Of a stretch of DNA of 64,000 bases, positions 1 to 12,892 are shown piece by piece. The notes under the pieces were generated by a model, which did not search any database, was not told the DNA's origin, and saw only the letters and a program-made list of their open reading frames with translations. Position 1 is the first letter of the stretch. Every line of letters begins with the position of its first letter. The position numbers and the translations under genes were made by a program. The stretch is taken from assembly GCA_016748015.1 (NCBI GenBank), contig JAAOMT010000028.1:62001-126000 (forward strand), in the 5' to 3' direction. The DNA comes from Geosiphon pyriformis uo1. Taxonomy: Eukaryota; Fungi; Glomeromycota.

Positions 1-935
1 ATTAAATCATCCTATTGTCAATAATACCAAGTAAACATTCAGTTACTCGAGAGAACTTGATTGAAATTTGATAAAATTGAATATATAAGGAGAGTATCAA
101 GATTAGATAATCATGCAGCCAGCTTGAGGTTTCCATTATACCAAAAGTTTGTGGTCATAAAAGGAATTGCCCTTGATGAAAGTCATAATATATATCTAGT
201 TAAGTCCATTATTGAATTGGTTTCGATTCTTTTACATTAACACAACGCATATATCTCGGTAGAATAAAGATAAAATATCTTATTTCTCATAGCTTTTGAT
301 AAATACATTTTTTTCTTTTTTTTTGGGAATACACTATTAAAATCCTAGAACAAAGATTCTCAACACGGATTTGGGATTTTCACACGTACTATTAATATGA
401 TAAGTCTTTCCCTTATTAAAGATTAAATCAAGGAGGGATTTTTACATATAATTTATTCTTCTTGTTATTTATTAACTTATTTTCCATTTCTATTATATCT
501 GTAAACATTTCACTCAAATCAAAAAAATTTCAAAAACATTATTAATTACGATATTATTTGAAATATTACGTCAAAAATAATATTTAGGACTTTTAATGCA
601 ACATTGTGCGTCACTCAAAATTACATTGGCCACAATGATTCAGGTTTATCATCATAATCATCATCATCATCATTATCATAATTACTCAATTACCGAATCA
701 CTTGAAATGACCCACAAATCTCATTTATCCTCAAAACTCTAATAAAAACGATACTCACTTAGATTACTAAATATTTCTTTATTGGTTCGGTGTTTGCTTT
801 CACCTACCCTTGTTGGTGGGTATGAGGCTTACCAATTGGCATACGGAAGCACGCACGCACGCTTAATCCTTTTCGATTATTATTATTGAATATGATTCTT
901 GTTGTGTGTTTTGTAGTGTATATTTCCAGTCAACG

Positions 936-1129
936 AACCATCGAGTGAAACTTTTTTGTAAACTGCCTCGAGCTCGACTTATCCTCTTGGGGAGAAAGTC
1001 TTGTTCGGTGGTTACAAGAAGGCCACCTTATATTCCATTATCGTTCCGTAATTGTTTCGTCGATTTCGATCGTGAAACTAGGCTACTATGTGGCCGTGAC
1101 GGTTGGGAAAAACCATAAGGTGAACAAAC
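936..1129 (+). ncRNA. snR30: snR30/U17 (SNORA73)-type box H/ACA snoRNA for 18S rRNA processing
   Basis: 5' hairpin AACCATCGAGTGA (936-948) pairs with TTGTTCGGTGGTT (1001-1013). H box ACAAGA at 1014-1019. 3' hairpin closed by CACCTT (1024-1029)/AAGGTG (1117-1122), with m1 motif ATATTCCAT (1030-1038) and m2 motif AAACCAT (1110-1116). ACA box at 1124-1126. This motif order is diagnostic of snR30/U17. Confidence 0.88.
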
Positions 1130-1385
1130 ACCGAAAAGATTAAACTATTAGCTTTTAACTGTATATAATATAATTATTTTTAAGAAAACATTCGTATCCT
1201 TTTTCTTTTTCTTTTTCTTTTTAATCTGGATATCTTGGATTGTTTTAAAAATTTTGTTAACTTTTATTTTTTCTCTTCTCCCTGAATTTTAATGAAAAAT
1301 AATTTTTTCTTTTCTGGTCCTTAAATATTCATTATTCCGATCGAAAGATTTTTCAAGTCACTTGTTAAGAGAACTATTGAGTGTG

Positions 1386-1388
<3 letters not shown>

Positions 1389-1429
<41 letters not shown>
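1389..1429. repeat. (AAT)n microsatellite
   Basis: About 13 tandem AAT units seen directly. Confidence 0.9.
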
Positions 1430-1430
<1 letters not shown>

Positions 1431-2773
1431 GGTTATTTTAGTTTCGAAAATTTTTATTATTCAATAATTATTTTCCTTACTATAATTGGAAATATAATAT
1501 CAATATAACTTTTTCCATTAAAAAGGAATTCTATTCTGTGTTTAATATAATTTGAATAAAAATGATGAAGATATCTAAAGCAATCGGTTAAAAATTTTTT
1601 TTTTTTTTCAAAAACCCAAAACTTTTTAATATGGTTTAGTAATGATTTTTAAAAATGTTTTTAGAATTTCCAAATCCAAATATTTAATTATGATTTTTAT
1701 ATTAAAAAATATCTAATTTTTTTCTGAATGCGGTTAAATATCCATTATCAAAGATATTCTTTATTAAAACTATACTTTTCATTCTATTTAATAATACGGT
1801 ATCTTACATGATACCGATTTTATTTTATTTTATTTTATTTTAATCACTTAGACGGTGAAAATATAATTAGAATTTTAAACAATTGTGAATAATCAAAAAG
1901 AAAAAATATTAGGGTTCAAAGAAAGATAAAGTTGGTAAATATGGTTTAAACTAGAATACTTAAAAAGTGTTTTGTTTTAAACGAAATCGATGCTGGTGTG
2001 CACATAATAATAATAATAATAATAATTTCTTTTCTATTAATAAAAGTTGATATAAAAATTTATTTTATTTTTATATTAGGCTTTTCTTTTCATCAGTTAT
2101 TTTTGGTTTTGAAGTAAAAAACTATATGAATTGAAGTAAAAAAAAACTATATTAATTGAAGTAAAAAAAAAAAACTATATGAAATTAAAGTGAAAACTTT
2201 CTATTCAAGTAAAAACTGTTTGGATCAATTCTAAATCTAATAATAATCAAAAGTAAAATTATTGCAACATTTCTTAAACAAAAGAAAGAAATTTATTTAA
2301 AACAGAGTAGATAACTTTTTTATCTTTAGTCAGCTTGACTTTATGAGAAGTATCTGAACTAGTCCTCTTATTATTATAATAACTTATTTTTTGTAATTCG
2401 TAAACTTGTTCTTTTTAAACTCGTGGTAAAAAAAATTATTGACTGCGCAATCTGTGATAAATAGTTCAAATCAAAAAGTTAACTCATATTTCTTCCCTAT
2501 CATTTTTATCACTTTTCTCATGAATCAATTTCAAATTTAAAGGAAACGTGCATATTTAGTGGAAAATATATATATATATATATATATATTTATATTTAAC
2601 AGAATTAGGAACCAGTATCAAGTAGAAAACCGGTTGTAGAACATATGAAACTTGTATTATCAAATAATTAAACATGTTCAAAGGCTGTGAAGGGTAACGG
2701 GAGATAAACAGGTTTCGATCATTTAGCTTTAAAATCAGGCACCCTTAAAAATTCTAGTAAAGAATATTATAAA

Positions 2774-2876
2774 ACGCGTTCAAAACGTTCAAAAATTTAA
2801 AAAAATAGTTGTAACTGCGCATTTCTTAATTGATCAGATGCGACGCGTCCAAAAGAATTTGGAAATTTTGACGCGT
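2774..2876. promoter_or_regulatory. Cluster of three MCB (MluI cell-cycle box, ACGCGT) elements upstream of the forkhead gene
   Basis: ACGCGT at 2774-2779, 2843-2848 and 2871-2876 in AT-rich, CpG-poor DNA. Confidence 0.6.
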
Positions 2877-2885
2877 CTCTGAGGG

Positions 2886-3097
<212 letters not shown>

Positions 3098-3115
3098 CTG
3101 AATGGAAGATGTCCT

Positions 3116-3124
3116 ATATAAATA
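3116..3124 (+). promoter_or_regulatory. TATA box of the forkhead gene
   Basis: TATATAAATA about 70 nt upstream of the ATG at 3190. Confidence 0.55.
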
Positions 3125-3189
3125 AGAGCTTCTCACTATATTTCTCAAAAATTTTTGTCAAACTTTTTGGTTCTTGAAAAACTTTGAAC

Positions 3190-3721
3190 ATGACTTTAAC
3201 CTACGAAGATTTTGTCGATTATTTCAAATTGGAAGATAAAACCTTGACTTCTGACTTTACAATAAGCGAAATCATAAATATGAGTCTTAACATGGAAGAT
3301 TTTGTTGACTTTACTCAAATAGAAGAGGAAACCTCTTCTACCCAATCTCCCGTTATCCCTACAATACTACAACCTGAAATCTCTGCTCCCTCTCTTCACT
3401 CCTCTAAACATTTAATCGAACAAATAGACCAATCTTCTTATAATTTCCAACTTCAAAACAAATATGAACAACTAAAACGACAAATAAAAAAGGGGAAGGT
3501 TTGTACTCGCTAATAAACCTTTCCGAAGCAATTTTCCAAAATGACCAAATTTTAACCCGTAATAAAATATTAAACCAATCTTTTCTAATTTATTTAGATG
3601 AGGTCTCCTGTTCAAGAAACCCTTAATTCTTCATCAGATTCACTTCTTCCTTTACCTGAATCGAATAAGCATCTGCCTGCAACCTCAAAGAGAAAACCTT
3701 CTAAAAAAAGAGCACGGCCTG

Positions 3722-3767
<46 letters not shown>

Positions 3768-4767
3768 TGATGATGATGATGATGAACTTCTATTCGATGA
3801 ATTCCAGAATTCTGACCAAAAACCACCTTACTCCTACTCTAGTCTGATCGCTCAAGCCATCTTGAATGCCCCAAATAAGTTGCTCACATTGAACGAGATC
3901 TATAACTGGATCTCCTCAACATACTCATTTTATACACGAGATATTAAACCCGGTACTGGGTGGATGGTAAGTCCTAGCTCTATTAATTAAATTGATCGCG
4001 TTGAATAGATATAACCATTCTCAAATATAATAAAATTATTAATCATCAATCTTCTTTATTAGAACTCAATCCGTCATAACTTATCTTTAAACAAGGCATT
4101 TCTAAAAGTTCCTCGGCCTGATGATCATCGTGGGAAAGGATGCCTCTGGACTATCGCCGAACACGAACAAACGAGGATGGAAGTTAATTGCTTAAAGAAA
4201 CGAAGGGCAATCAAGAAATTAAAAGTCACCGTTGATTCCAGCGATTTGCCGATCTCAAATCAGCAAACGGTTGACTCTTCAATTCCTTCCTCGGAAACAC
4301 TAGCTCGATTGCCCCTTCCAAGTATTGAAATTCCTTCGATTTCTCTCGCTACCATCAAAACCCCCATACCATCCGCTTCGATTTCCGCAATTAGTCCTTC
4401 TTCACCATCTTCCCCCTCACCCTTGATGGCACCCGTAACCTTGAATCCGCTTTCTCAACCCAATTATGTATCTCCACAAGAGGTACTACTTGAGCCACTC
4501 GTTCCCGTCTGTAAAGTAAGATCAAAGAATGTTCGCTTTGGTGTTCGCCCTACCAAAATAAAAGGATTCCATCAACTATCCAAACAAATCTCTGAAGAGC
4601 ATTTCCCCCGCCCTCACCACACACTATTTTATACACTCCTCGCACCGGAATTTGCTGATCTCCCCGGGTTTTGCGAGTTGAGTTCAATTTCTTCCTTGTT
4701 CCTGGACGGCTCGACCGGTATGGATCGGTTCGAGTTTGTCCAGCAAGGAATATTTTATCAGTTTTAA
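3190..4767 (+). CDS. Forkhead (winged-helix) transcription factor, no FHA domain; exons 3190-3498, 3598-3966, 4063-4767 (~460 aa)
   Basis: Spliced domain [31 protein letters not shown]...GWM|[31 protein letters not shown]. Both GT-AG introns are phase 0 and keep the frame. Confidence 0.92.
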
Positions 4768-5554
4768 ATTCCTTGTTAACCTAGTCTTTCCTCTCTGTCA
4801 TAGAGATAGCAATAGAATTTAGAAAAAACAAAAAATGCACTTGATTTTTGAACTATTCTTCTTTTATAAAAAAAATAACATTTGAATAAATTGGTTTTAA
4901 AATTATAATACAACACATATGTAGTAATTTATATAAAAAAAATTTTAATAAAATTTTAAAATATTTGTTTTTAAAATAACATGGCAATTAAATTAAAATT
5001 TAATTGTGAAACATTTTTGCTGATTTTCTGGTTTTTTTGTATAAAAAATTTAAACTATGAAAACAACAAAATATGAATTATTTTTTGTTAGTTAATAATC
5101 TTTATTTTAATTTAAATAAAATTGCGAATATAATAAATAAATATTACATATTTTTTTTAATTAATATGATATAAGATTTTTTAATATTATACTAAAATTG
5201 TAATTTATTAAAATAATTTTTTACATGTTTTATTAATACATAATTTTAAATATTATCCATATATATATATATATAGATAATATTTTATAAAAAATATTTT
5301 CACATATAATTAATTATTTAAGTCAATTAAAACTACTTTTTTAATAATATTTAATTTAATATAAATGTTTTATTTTATAATTTTTTTTTAAATTTATAAT
5401 ATAAAATTTATTATTATTATTATTGAAATCTATGTTTTTTTTTGGTTTATTTTTTTTTCTAAAAAGTTTTTGTAAATGTTATAATAATTAAAACTAAAAT
5501 GTGTATTTAAGTTTTTTTTTAAATATAATATTTATAACAACAATATTAATAACA

Positions 5555-8500
5555 TAAAACACAAAAATTTGCAAACTTTTTTTTCTCTTATCTCCAAAAA
5601 TCTTCAAAAAGCACATTTTTTGTAAAATGAAGTTTTTTTGTTTTTTAGTCTATATCAATATTTCTTTACCTAATAATAACTCATTTTTCATAGATATGAA
5701 GACTACTGTTAGTAACACTACATCTAAGAAGAAGGCTTCTAAGGGCACTTTTTATGGTCCTGTTGATGGTTCTTTTTCTCAGAAGAAAAAAGTTGTTTTT
5801 GGCAATGTCAAACACTCTGGTAATGAAAAAGATATATCCTTGAGCAGATCTGGATCTGATAATAGTGTTTATTCTGATGTAAAAAGTTTTTCTGGTGAGG
5901 ATGAGAATGTTAGCATGTTTGGTATAGATGGTGGGTCTCTTTTGGGCTCAACTGCTACTACACTCAAGGCGAAGTGAGTTAATACTGGTACTGGTTTTGG
6001 TTCTTCACTCAGCTTTTCCAACTTTCATATGGATGATGATGAAGTTGTGCTTTCTTTTCACTTGTCTATCTCTCTTGAAAAAAAGTGAATTAATCCAAAA
6101 GTCATCAAAACTCCTGTGGAAGTGTCAGTCAAAAAGTCATTTGCTTTGAATATTAATCTCTCAGCTGTAGAAGGGAAATCAGTGACGACAAAAACTCAGT
6201 TAATCAGAAAAATTTTTTCATTAATTAATGGTTTTGGGAGATCACTACTCCCTCAAAATTTGAGGGGATCATCAGATCAAAATTTACTTCTGAGAAAAAC
6301 ATGATTAAGGCTGCATCATTGGCCAGAGAAAAAGAGATTGATGTAAACAGCAATCTCAAGAAACAAGGAATTCATTCAGATCAGGCTGTGGTTATCAAAA
6401 AAATTCTCATAAACACACCTAAAGATATGATCATCACTGCATTAGCTGATTTTGGTGAAATTAAGTCAATCAAAATTCAATTTATTGGATTATGGCAGAA
6501 AGCTATAGTAGAATTTGCTGAATTAAATCAGATTAAACAATTGGCTGCTAAATGATTCTTCTTGATTGGTAAAGATTCAGTATGTGTAGCCATAGCTGTG
6601 AGTGATCGTGAGACTTGGGCATCAAGATATAAGTTCAGAGCATTGCTGTTTACTTTATCAGTAGGAACATCTGCTCATGATTTGGGCACTCTTTTGGATG
6701 GGACTGGTGGAAAAACCTGTGTCATTAATTGCTCAATAAATTCTGGCAACTGAGTATGCTGTACTGTAATTGGTTTTGATTCTAAGAAGAATTTAAAGTC
6801 TGCTTATCACACTGAGCTGATATTTGGTGGTATTAAATTATCATGGACTAGATTGAATTTGGTTTGTTGTGAAAAGTATGGGCATTTTAGTTATTCTGCT
6901 CTGGAGTGTAATGCACCAAATCTACCCATTTCTAAGCTTTCAAAATCTGTTAAAAGAGTTTTTTCAGAAGATTATCGTCTCCAGCTGGTGAAATTATATG
7001 CTAAGAATGGTGTTCCTATTTCTAAACCTACTGCTTTTGGTGGCAAATTTTGGGTGCAAGTGGTTTCACTTGCTTCTTCTTCTAGTAGCCCTTATTTTGA
7101 CTCTGGTTTTGGGTCTGGTCCTCCTCTTTCTGGTTCTTCAAGTATTAAGAGAAATGCGCCAGTTGTTCAAAATGAATTCTCAATCAATGATTGTCTAGCT
7201 TTACTGGAACATTCCTTGGAATTACTAGCTAATCAAGTATCAGATATTGTGCATAGATTAAATAGTGTAGAGCTGGTGCTCTTGGTGCTTACTACTCAAG
7301 TTGTACTTTCAGTTGCCCCTGTTTTTGCATTGGCATCACCAGATACTGATATGGTTTTAGATATCTCATAGTCATTTCTTCTTCCCTCTTCTTCAGTATT
7401 AAAAGACAAAGTGGTGAATTTGGGTCTGAGCAGTTCAAAAGTTTTTATTTCAAAAGTTGGCAGTTTGGAATCTAAAATAATGGCTCTTGAAGTTTCTATT
7501 GGCTCAATTTTAAGGAAGTTAGATCTGTTGTGCATAAATTTGGGTTCTTTGGTGCATCTTTTGCATCAATAAGTAAGCTCATTTGAAGAGTGGTTACATG
7601 CAATATTAGGAATATGACAAATTTAGTTAAACAGAAAGACATTGTTCGTTAGTATAAAGATTTGGGAAATTTGATTTTGATTGTTACTGAAACAAAATTA
7701 AGATCTGACATTAGGCCTTGGATCATAAATAAATTTGATGGACTTTGGGTTTTTACTTTTGGTTTGAATGTTGGGTTTTGTGGTGTTGGGGTCACCATAA
7801 TTATGAACAATTCTTTGGCTTGACATGTTTCGAAAGTAGATAAAATTTCTGGTCATTTGATTTCTGTGCATTTTCTGTTTAAGAACAAGCTTTCAGTTAT
7901 GATCTTGGGTCTGTATGCTGATGTATCTATTAGCACACAATTTAGTCAAGCTGCTGATATCAATTCTATGGTTTTCAAGATAATTAATTCTAGCTCTTTT
8001 GTGGTTTTGGGTGGTGACTTTAATGAAAATGGGTCTGGCAAAAGTATGAGTTTCAAGTTCTATTTGGGTTTGGGCCTGGTTAATACTTTTAATAGACACT
8101 CATTGGCCAAGACTTTTACCTGAAGCAATTCTAGAGATGTTAAGAAAGTGATTGATTTTATTTTAATGAGTATAAATTTGGCATCTGCTATGACATCACA
8201 TTTTGTCAATGGTGTGTCTGAGTTTTTTGATACAGATCATAAGTCAGTTCCCATTTTAATTGATTTGGGTGGACTGCTGGATACACATCTTATTAGCATT
8301 TATAAACAGACCAACCGAGACTGGTGGAAGTTCAAATTAAAGGATACAGATGATGTTCAATGGTTAAAATTTAAAGACTGCTCTTCTGCCAAGTTGTTGG
8401 CTAGGTCGGACATGTTTAAAGAAACAAAAAGCAATGGTAACTTGAATACAATGTGGAAAATATTGAAAGAGACTATAATACAGACTGTTAACACAGTTTT

Positions 8501-11500
8501 CTCTAAGATTTGGTATAATGAATATGACTGTTTAAGGAATAAACAATCTTTCAAATTTTTTAAATTAGAGCTGCTTGTTGTAAAAGTTGTAAAATGTTGG
8601 AATTCTGGTGATCTTCTGAATTTCAACCACCTTAGTAAGATCTAATTGGCTATTGATATAGTCAAAGCTTCTAAGGTTGATGGCATGGTTTTGAATAATG
8701 TGAATTTGATGAAATTGATTAAACATTTGTCAGTGATAAGAAAAAAATATTATAAGTCCAAGTATTGCAAGTCTAAGGTTGCTAAGAATACTGCTATAAG
8801 GAAGGCAATTGACTGTTATATGAAAAACTTCTGTTCTAACAAAGGAAAAATGATAAAGAGCATTCTGAAACGTCTATTTTACAAGGTGGTTTTGGATCAC
8901 TTGATAGTGGATAATAAGCTGGTAATTGAGCCTAATGAGGTAAAGCTCAAGGTTAATAAAATTATGGAAAAGTGAACAAGGAAATGATCAGTTCTTCCAA
9001 AAATACCTGATCTCTGGACTTGTCAATATATGCCTCTGAATTATGTGGATGATGATGCTTTCTCTGGTACAATGAATGAAATTGGTATGAAAAAATTGTC
9101 TCTGGTTGTAGATAATCTACCAAACAATAAAACAGCTGGATTATCAGGGATATCTAATAAACTTTGGAAGTGTTGTAGTGGAAAGGTTTTGGCCTGTCTT
9201 TTGAAATTGTTGAATTTGTGTTTGAGTATAGATACAGTTCCTGATCTGTGGAAAGAAGCATGGGTTTCAATGATTCTGAAACCTTATGAGTAGAATGGTA
9301 TTCTGACAAATACTAGACCTATCACATTAGTCGAAACAGCATATAAAATACTATCTAAGATTCTATCTGATCAGATATCTTTGGCTTGTAGCAAGTTTAA
9401 TGTTCTTTGTAGTAACAATTTTTTGGTGTTAAAAGATACTTTGACCCAGTCTCCTATTTTTGCTATTGGCTCAGTTGTTGAGAATGCTCTGGAAAAAAAC
9501 AGAGAGCTTTGGTTAGTGCTGTAGAATATGTGCAAAGCTTATAATTCAGTGGACTAGTATCATTTGTGAGCGAGCTTGTATCACATCAAAATGTGTAAAC
9601 ATTTTATCCAATTTTTCGGCAAAATTCATAGGGACCAGGTCAACAAGGTGATGACTGACTTTGGGCTTTCAGATGGTTATAGAGTACATAATGGGTTGGA
9701 TCAAAAGGAGGTCTTTTCTCTGCTGCTTTGGAGAATATTTTATGATCCACTTTTGTGTAAAATGAAAAGGCATGGGCATTTATGTAGATATAGGATTGAT
9801 TCTAAGTTCATAGCAAAGTCTGGCAGAATTGAGGCAAGTGGAGAAAAAACTTTCTTTTTGGCTGTAGGCACTTTTGTTGATGATATGATTTGGGTTGGAA
9901 GTAGTCAGGCATCTATGCAGTATATTTTGAACATTGCTAATAAATTTTTTGTGATCAATAACATCTCAATTAATAATGACAAAACAGTAACTATTCTTAT
10001 CAATCAGAAAGTTAAGGATGCTTTGCTATTAATTAATGGATCGCCAATTTTGATTGCTAAGAAGAGTAAGTTACACTGATATCTGGATATCTTTTTGTTA
10101 ACTGAAAGTTTCTCTAAGCTCAGTTTGGCTCAAGCCCATAAGGATGTCAGGTTTTTTTCTAATATAGTGTTAAGGAAAGCTATTATGGATAAACAATTCT
10201 GTTATTTGGTTTTAGCAGTTTTGCAACCCATTGTTGGCTATTATACACAGTCTAGTTTTGTTAAGTTAGATGTGTATTATAAGTGAGATATTATGATTAG
10301 AAAAGGTCTTAGAGCCAAAGCTGGTTTACCATGTGACTTTCTTAATGAGATCTTATACTATCCTTCTTTATATGGTTTGAAGCCCTTTAAACAAGTACAG
10401 TCTGAAGGAAAGTTGGCATTACTGATTTTATTTTCTAATGGACACAGCATTCTTGGACATTTATTTGATCACAGATTTTTGGATTTACAAGTTCTGAGAT
10501 GGTTTCCTTTAAATCCTTTGCAATTTTCTGTTAGGTTGTATGTTAGTCCTGTAAACAATTTTTTGGCAGAGGTGGTAAAGATTTTTTTAGAGAATGAATT
10601 ATTTTTAGCAAACAATCTACATTGTGTCTTTTGTGGGTCTGGTGATTTTCCAATGTTTGGCATTCTGGGTCAGTTTTTGTATTACAATTTCATTTTTTCT
10701 TTGAAGCATTTTGGTGTTGCTTTTAGTAACAGAATTTTTGACAAGAAAGGAAAGATAATGGACTGGAAAACATTTCAGCATTGGAAGCAATTAGACCCGA
10801 GAGGCCCTGTGCCTTACTGGTTTTCTTTAATGTCTGATTTTATGAACAATTCTATTTCTTTGGGGGTCAAAGCTGCTACTGCTACTAAGGAAAATGTGTT
10901 AAGTGTTTTGGATTCTGATAAGTTCTCTGAAGTTTGTGATAGTTTACTGGAGGTGTGGTTTAATTGTATTAAGATTTATACAGATGGGTCCTTGAGATGT
11001 GCTGGTTCTGTTGGAGTGGCAGGTGGAGTGACTACATACTTCTCAGCTGTGAATGCAGGCATTGAAGTTAAAGTTGCTGGACTTTTGTCCTCTACTTTAA
11101 TTGAACTGCAAGCTGTGGTGTTGGCTTTGAAGTGTGTTCCATCTTCATGCTCAGTGGTTTTATACTCAGATAGTTAATCTGTGATTGATCCCTGCATTTC
11201 CAAGACTTCTTTGACTACACCTGATTTCTGTAACCAATATTGGATCAAAAAATTGCAAATTGTTAATTTTTTTAGAGATAAGAATATTTCAATTGAGTGG
11301 GTGAAAATTAAAGAATATTTAAATGTATTGGGCAACATAGGAGCTGACATGCTGGCTAATAAGGCTACTTCCTCATCTCTTTCTTTGCCAGTTAAAATCT
11401 GGGAGAGATTTCTGGTTGCTGAGAAAACTGTCATATCTGGCAATGTTGGTCATTTTGCTCGGGACTTTTACCAGTTAATATGCTGTGCTCATTGGAAGGC

Positions 11501-12396
11501 TGGTCTGGGTTTTAATATAGTTCCGAATTTTATGATTAAAGAAATAGATTGGAATGCTACTGTGGCAATTTGGCATTCTGATTCACACATGCTTTCTGGA
11601 TTCACCAGTAGGAAGTCGGCCAATTTACACACATATTTAATAAAAGCTGTATATAAGTAGCTGCCAGTTGTGGTTAGAAAGAGGTTGTATGACTGAAGTT
11701 ATTCTGGTGTTTTGTGTTTGCTATGTGGTAAGGTGGAGTTCTCTGATCATGTTTTCGCTTGTTCTAGTGACTCTGGTTTTCACAAAGACATTTTGGTTGA
11801 AGCTGCTGATAAATGGATGTCAATATTTGATCTTTCAAGTTCATTTTCATCTGCTATTCTGCTCTTACTCTTATCATGTTCTTCAAATATAAGTCTTTAT
11901 ATGACAGTATGCAAGGGTTTTGTAATAAGAGATTAATATGCTGAAGCTGTTTCAGTTTTTAAGGGAAAAAAAAAAGCTATTTAGACCCTTGTGAAATATA
12001 TTAGATTTGTGATAGAGTTGCAGCACACTTGAATATGGACTATTAGGGCTAAGCATAAAGTGGAAATAGAAAAAACTGGCTTGATTGGAGATAATGGTGT
12101 GGTTTCTGGCTTGTCCAGCAGTATAGTTTCTATGTTGTCAGCTAGTATTATCTGTATGCTTGGTGTTATAGAATTTTTTGCTGTTAGATTTAGTAGGTGC
12201 AAATTGTGTTGTTTTTTCTTTGGTTTGGGTGGTGATGCTGTTGTTACCATAGGTGTGTAGTGTTGCCTTGTCTGGTCCGAGTGGCTGGTCACATGTAGTT
12301 TGTGTGTGAGCTGTATTTAGTTGGTTTTATTTAGCTTGGTTCTATGTACTAGATAGCAGTTGGGCTTCACTCATAAAACTTGTAATAAAAAAAAAA
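5555..12396 (+). mobile_element. Degenerate near-full-length LINE (LINE-A): ORF1 (~5696-7570) and ORF2 APE-RT-RNaseH-Zn finger, with A-rich tail
   Basis: APE motifs (TETKL, GGDFNE, IDFIL, TDH), RT motif FVDD (~9873), RNase H IYTDGS (~10975), C-terminal CLLCGKVEFSDHVFAC, and tail at 12386-12396. Many premature stops arise from C>T/G>A changes. The 5' boundary is approximate. Confidence 0.9.
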
Positions 12397-12848
12397 TTAA
12401 TAATTAAAAAAAAAATTGATTTTTTTAATATATAATTTAATTATTTAAATTAAAATTAATAAATTTATATTTATTTTTTTAAACCAAAAAAAAAGTTGAT
12501 ATTTTAATTTTATCAAAAATTTTTGGCAATTATTTATTTATTTATTTTTAACATATTTAAATTATTTATTTTTAACATATTTATATAATTAATTTTTAAT
12601 TATATTTTTATAATATTTAATATTTAATTTAAAATTAATTAAAATTTTTAAGTTAGCAATATATTTAATTTAAAATTTTAAAAAACTAATTTTTTAATTA
12701 TAAATTTAACTAAATCAAAAATATTTTATAATTTATATTTTAAAAAACCGAATTAAATTTATTAATAAAAGTATTAAAAAAACCAAAATAATATATTATT
12801 AAAAAAATAATAACTTTAATATAAAATATAAAATATATACTTAATAAA

Positions 12849-12892
12849 ATAATAATAATAATAATAATAATTATTATTATTATTATTATTAT
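12849..12892. repeat. 44-bp perfect AT palindrome (ATA)n/(TAT)n
   Basis: 12849-12870 is the exact reverse complement of 12871-12892. Confidence 0.85.

Noticed and set aside
906-1118. 70-aa ORF
   Set aside because: Non-ATG start, no protein-like features, and it overlaps the snR30-type RNA.
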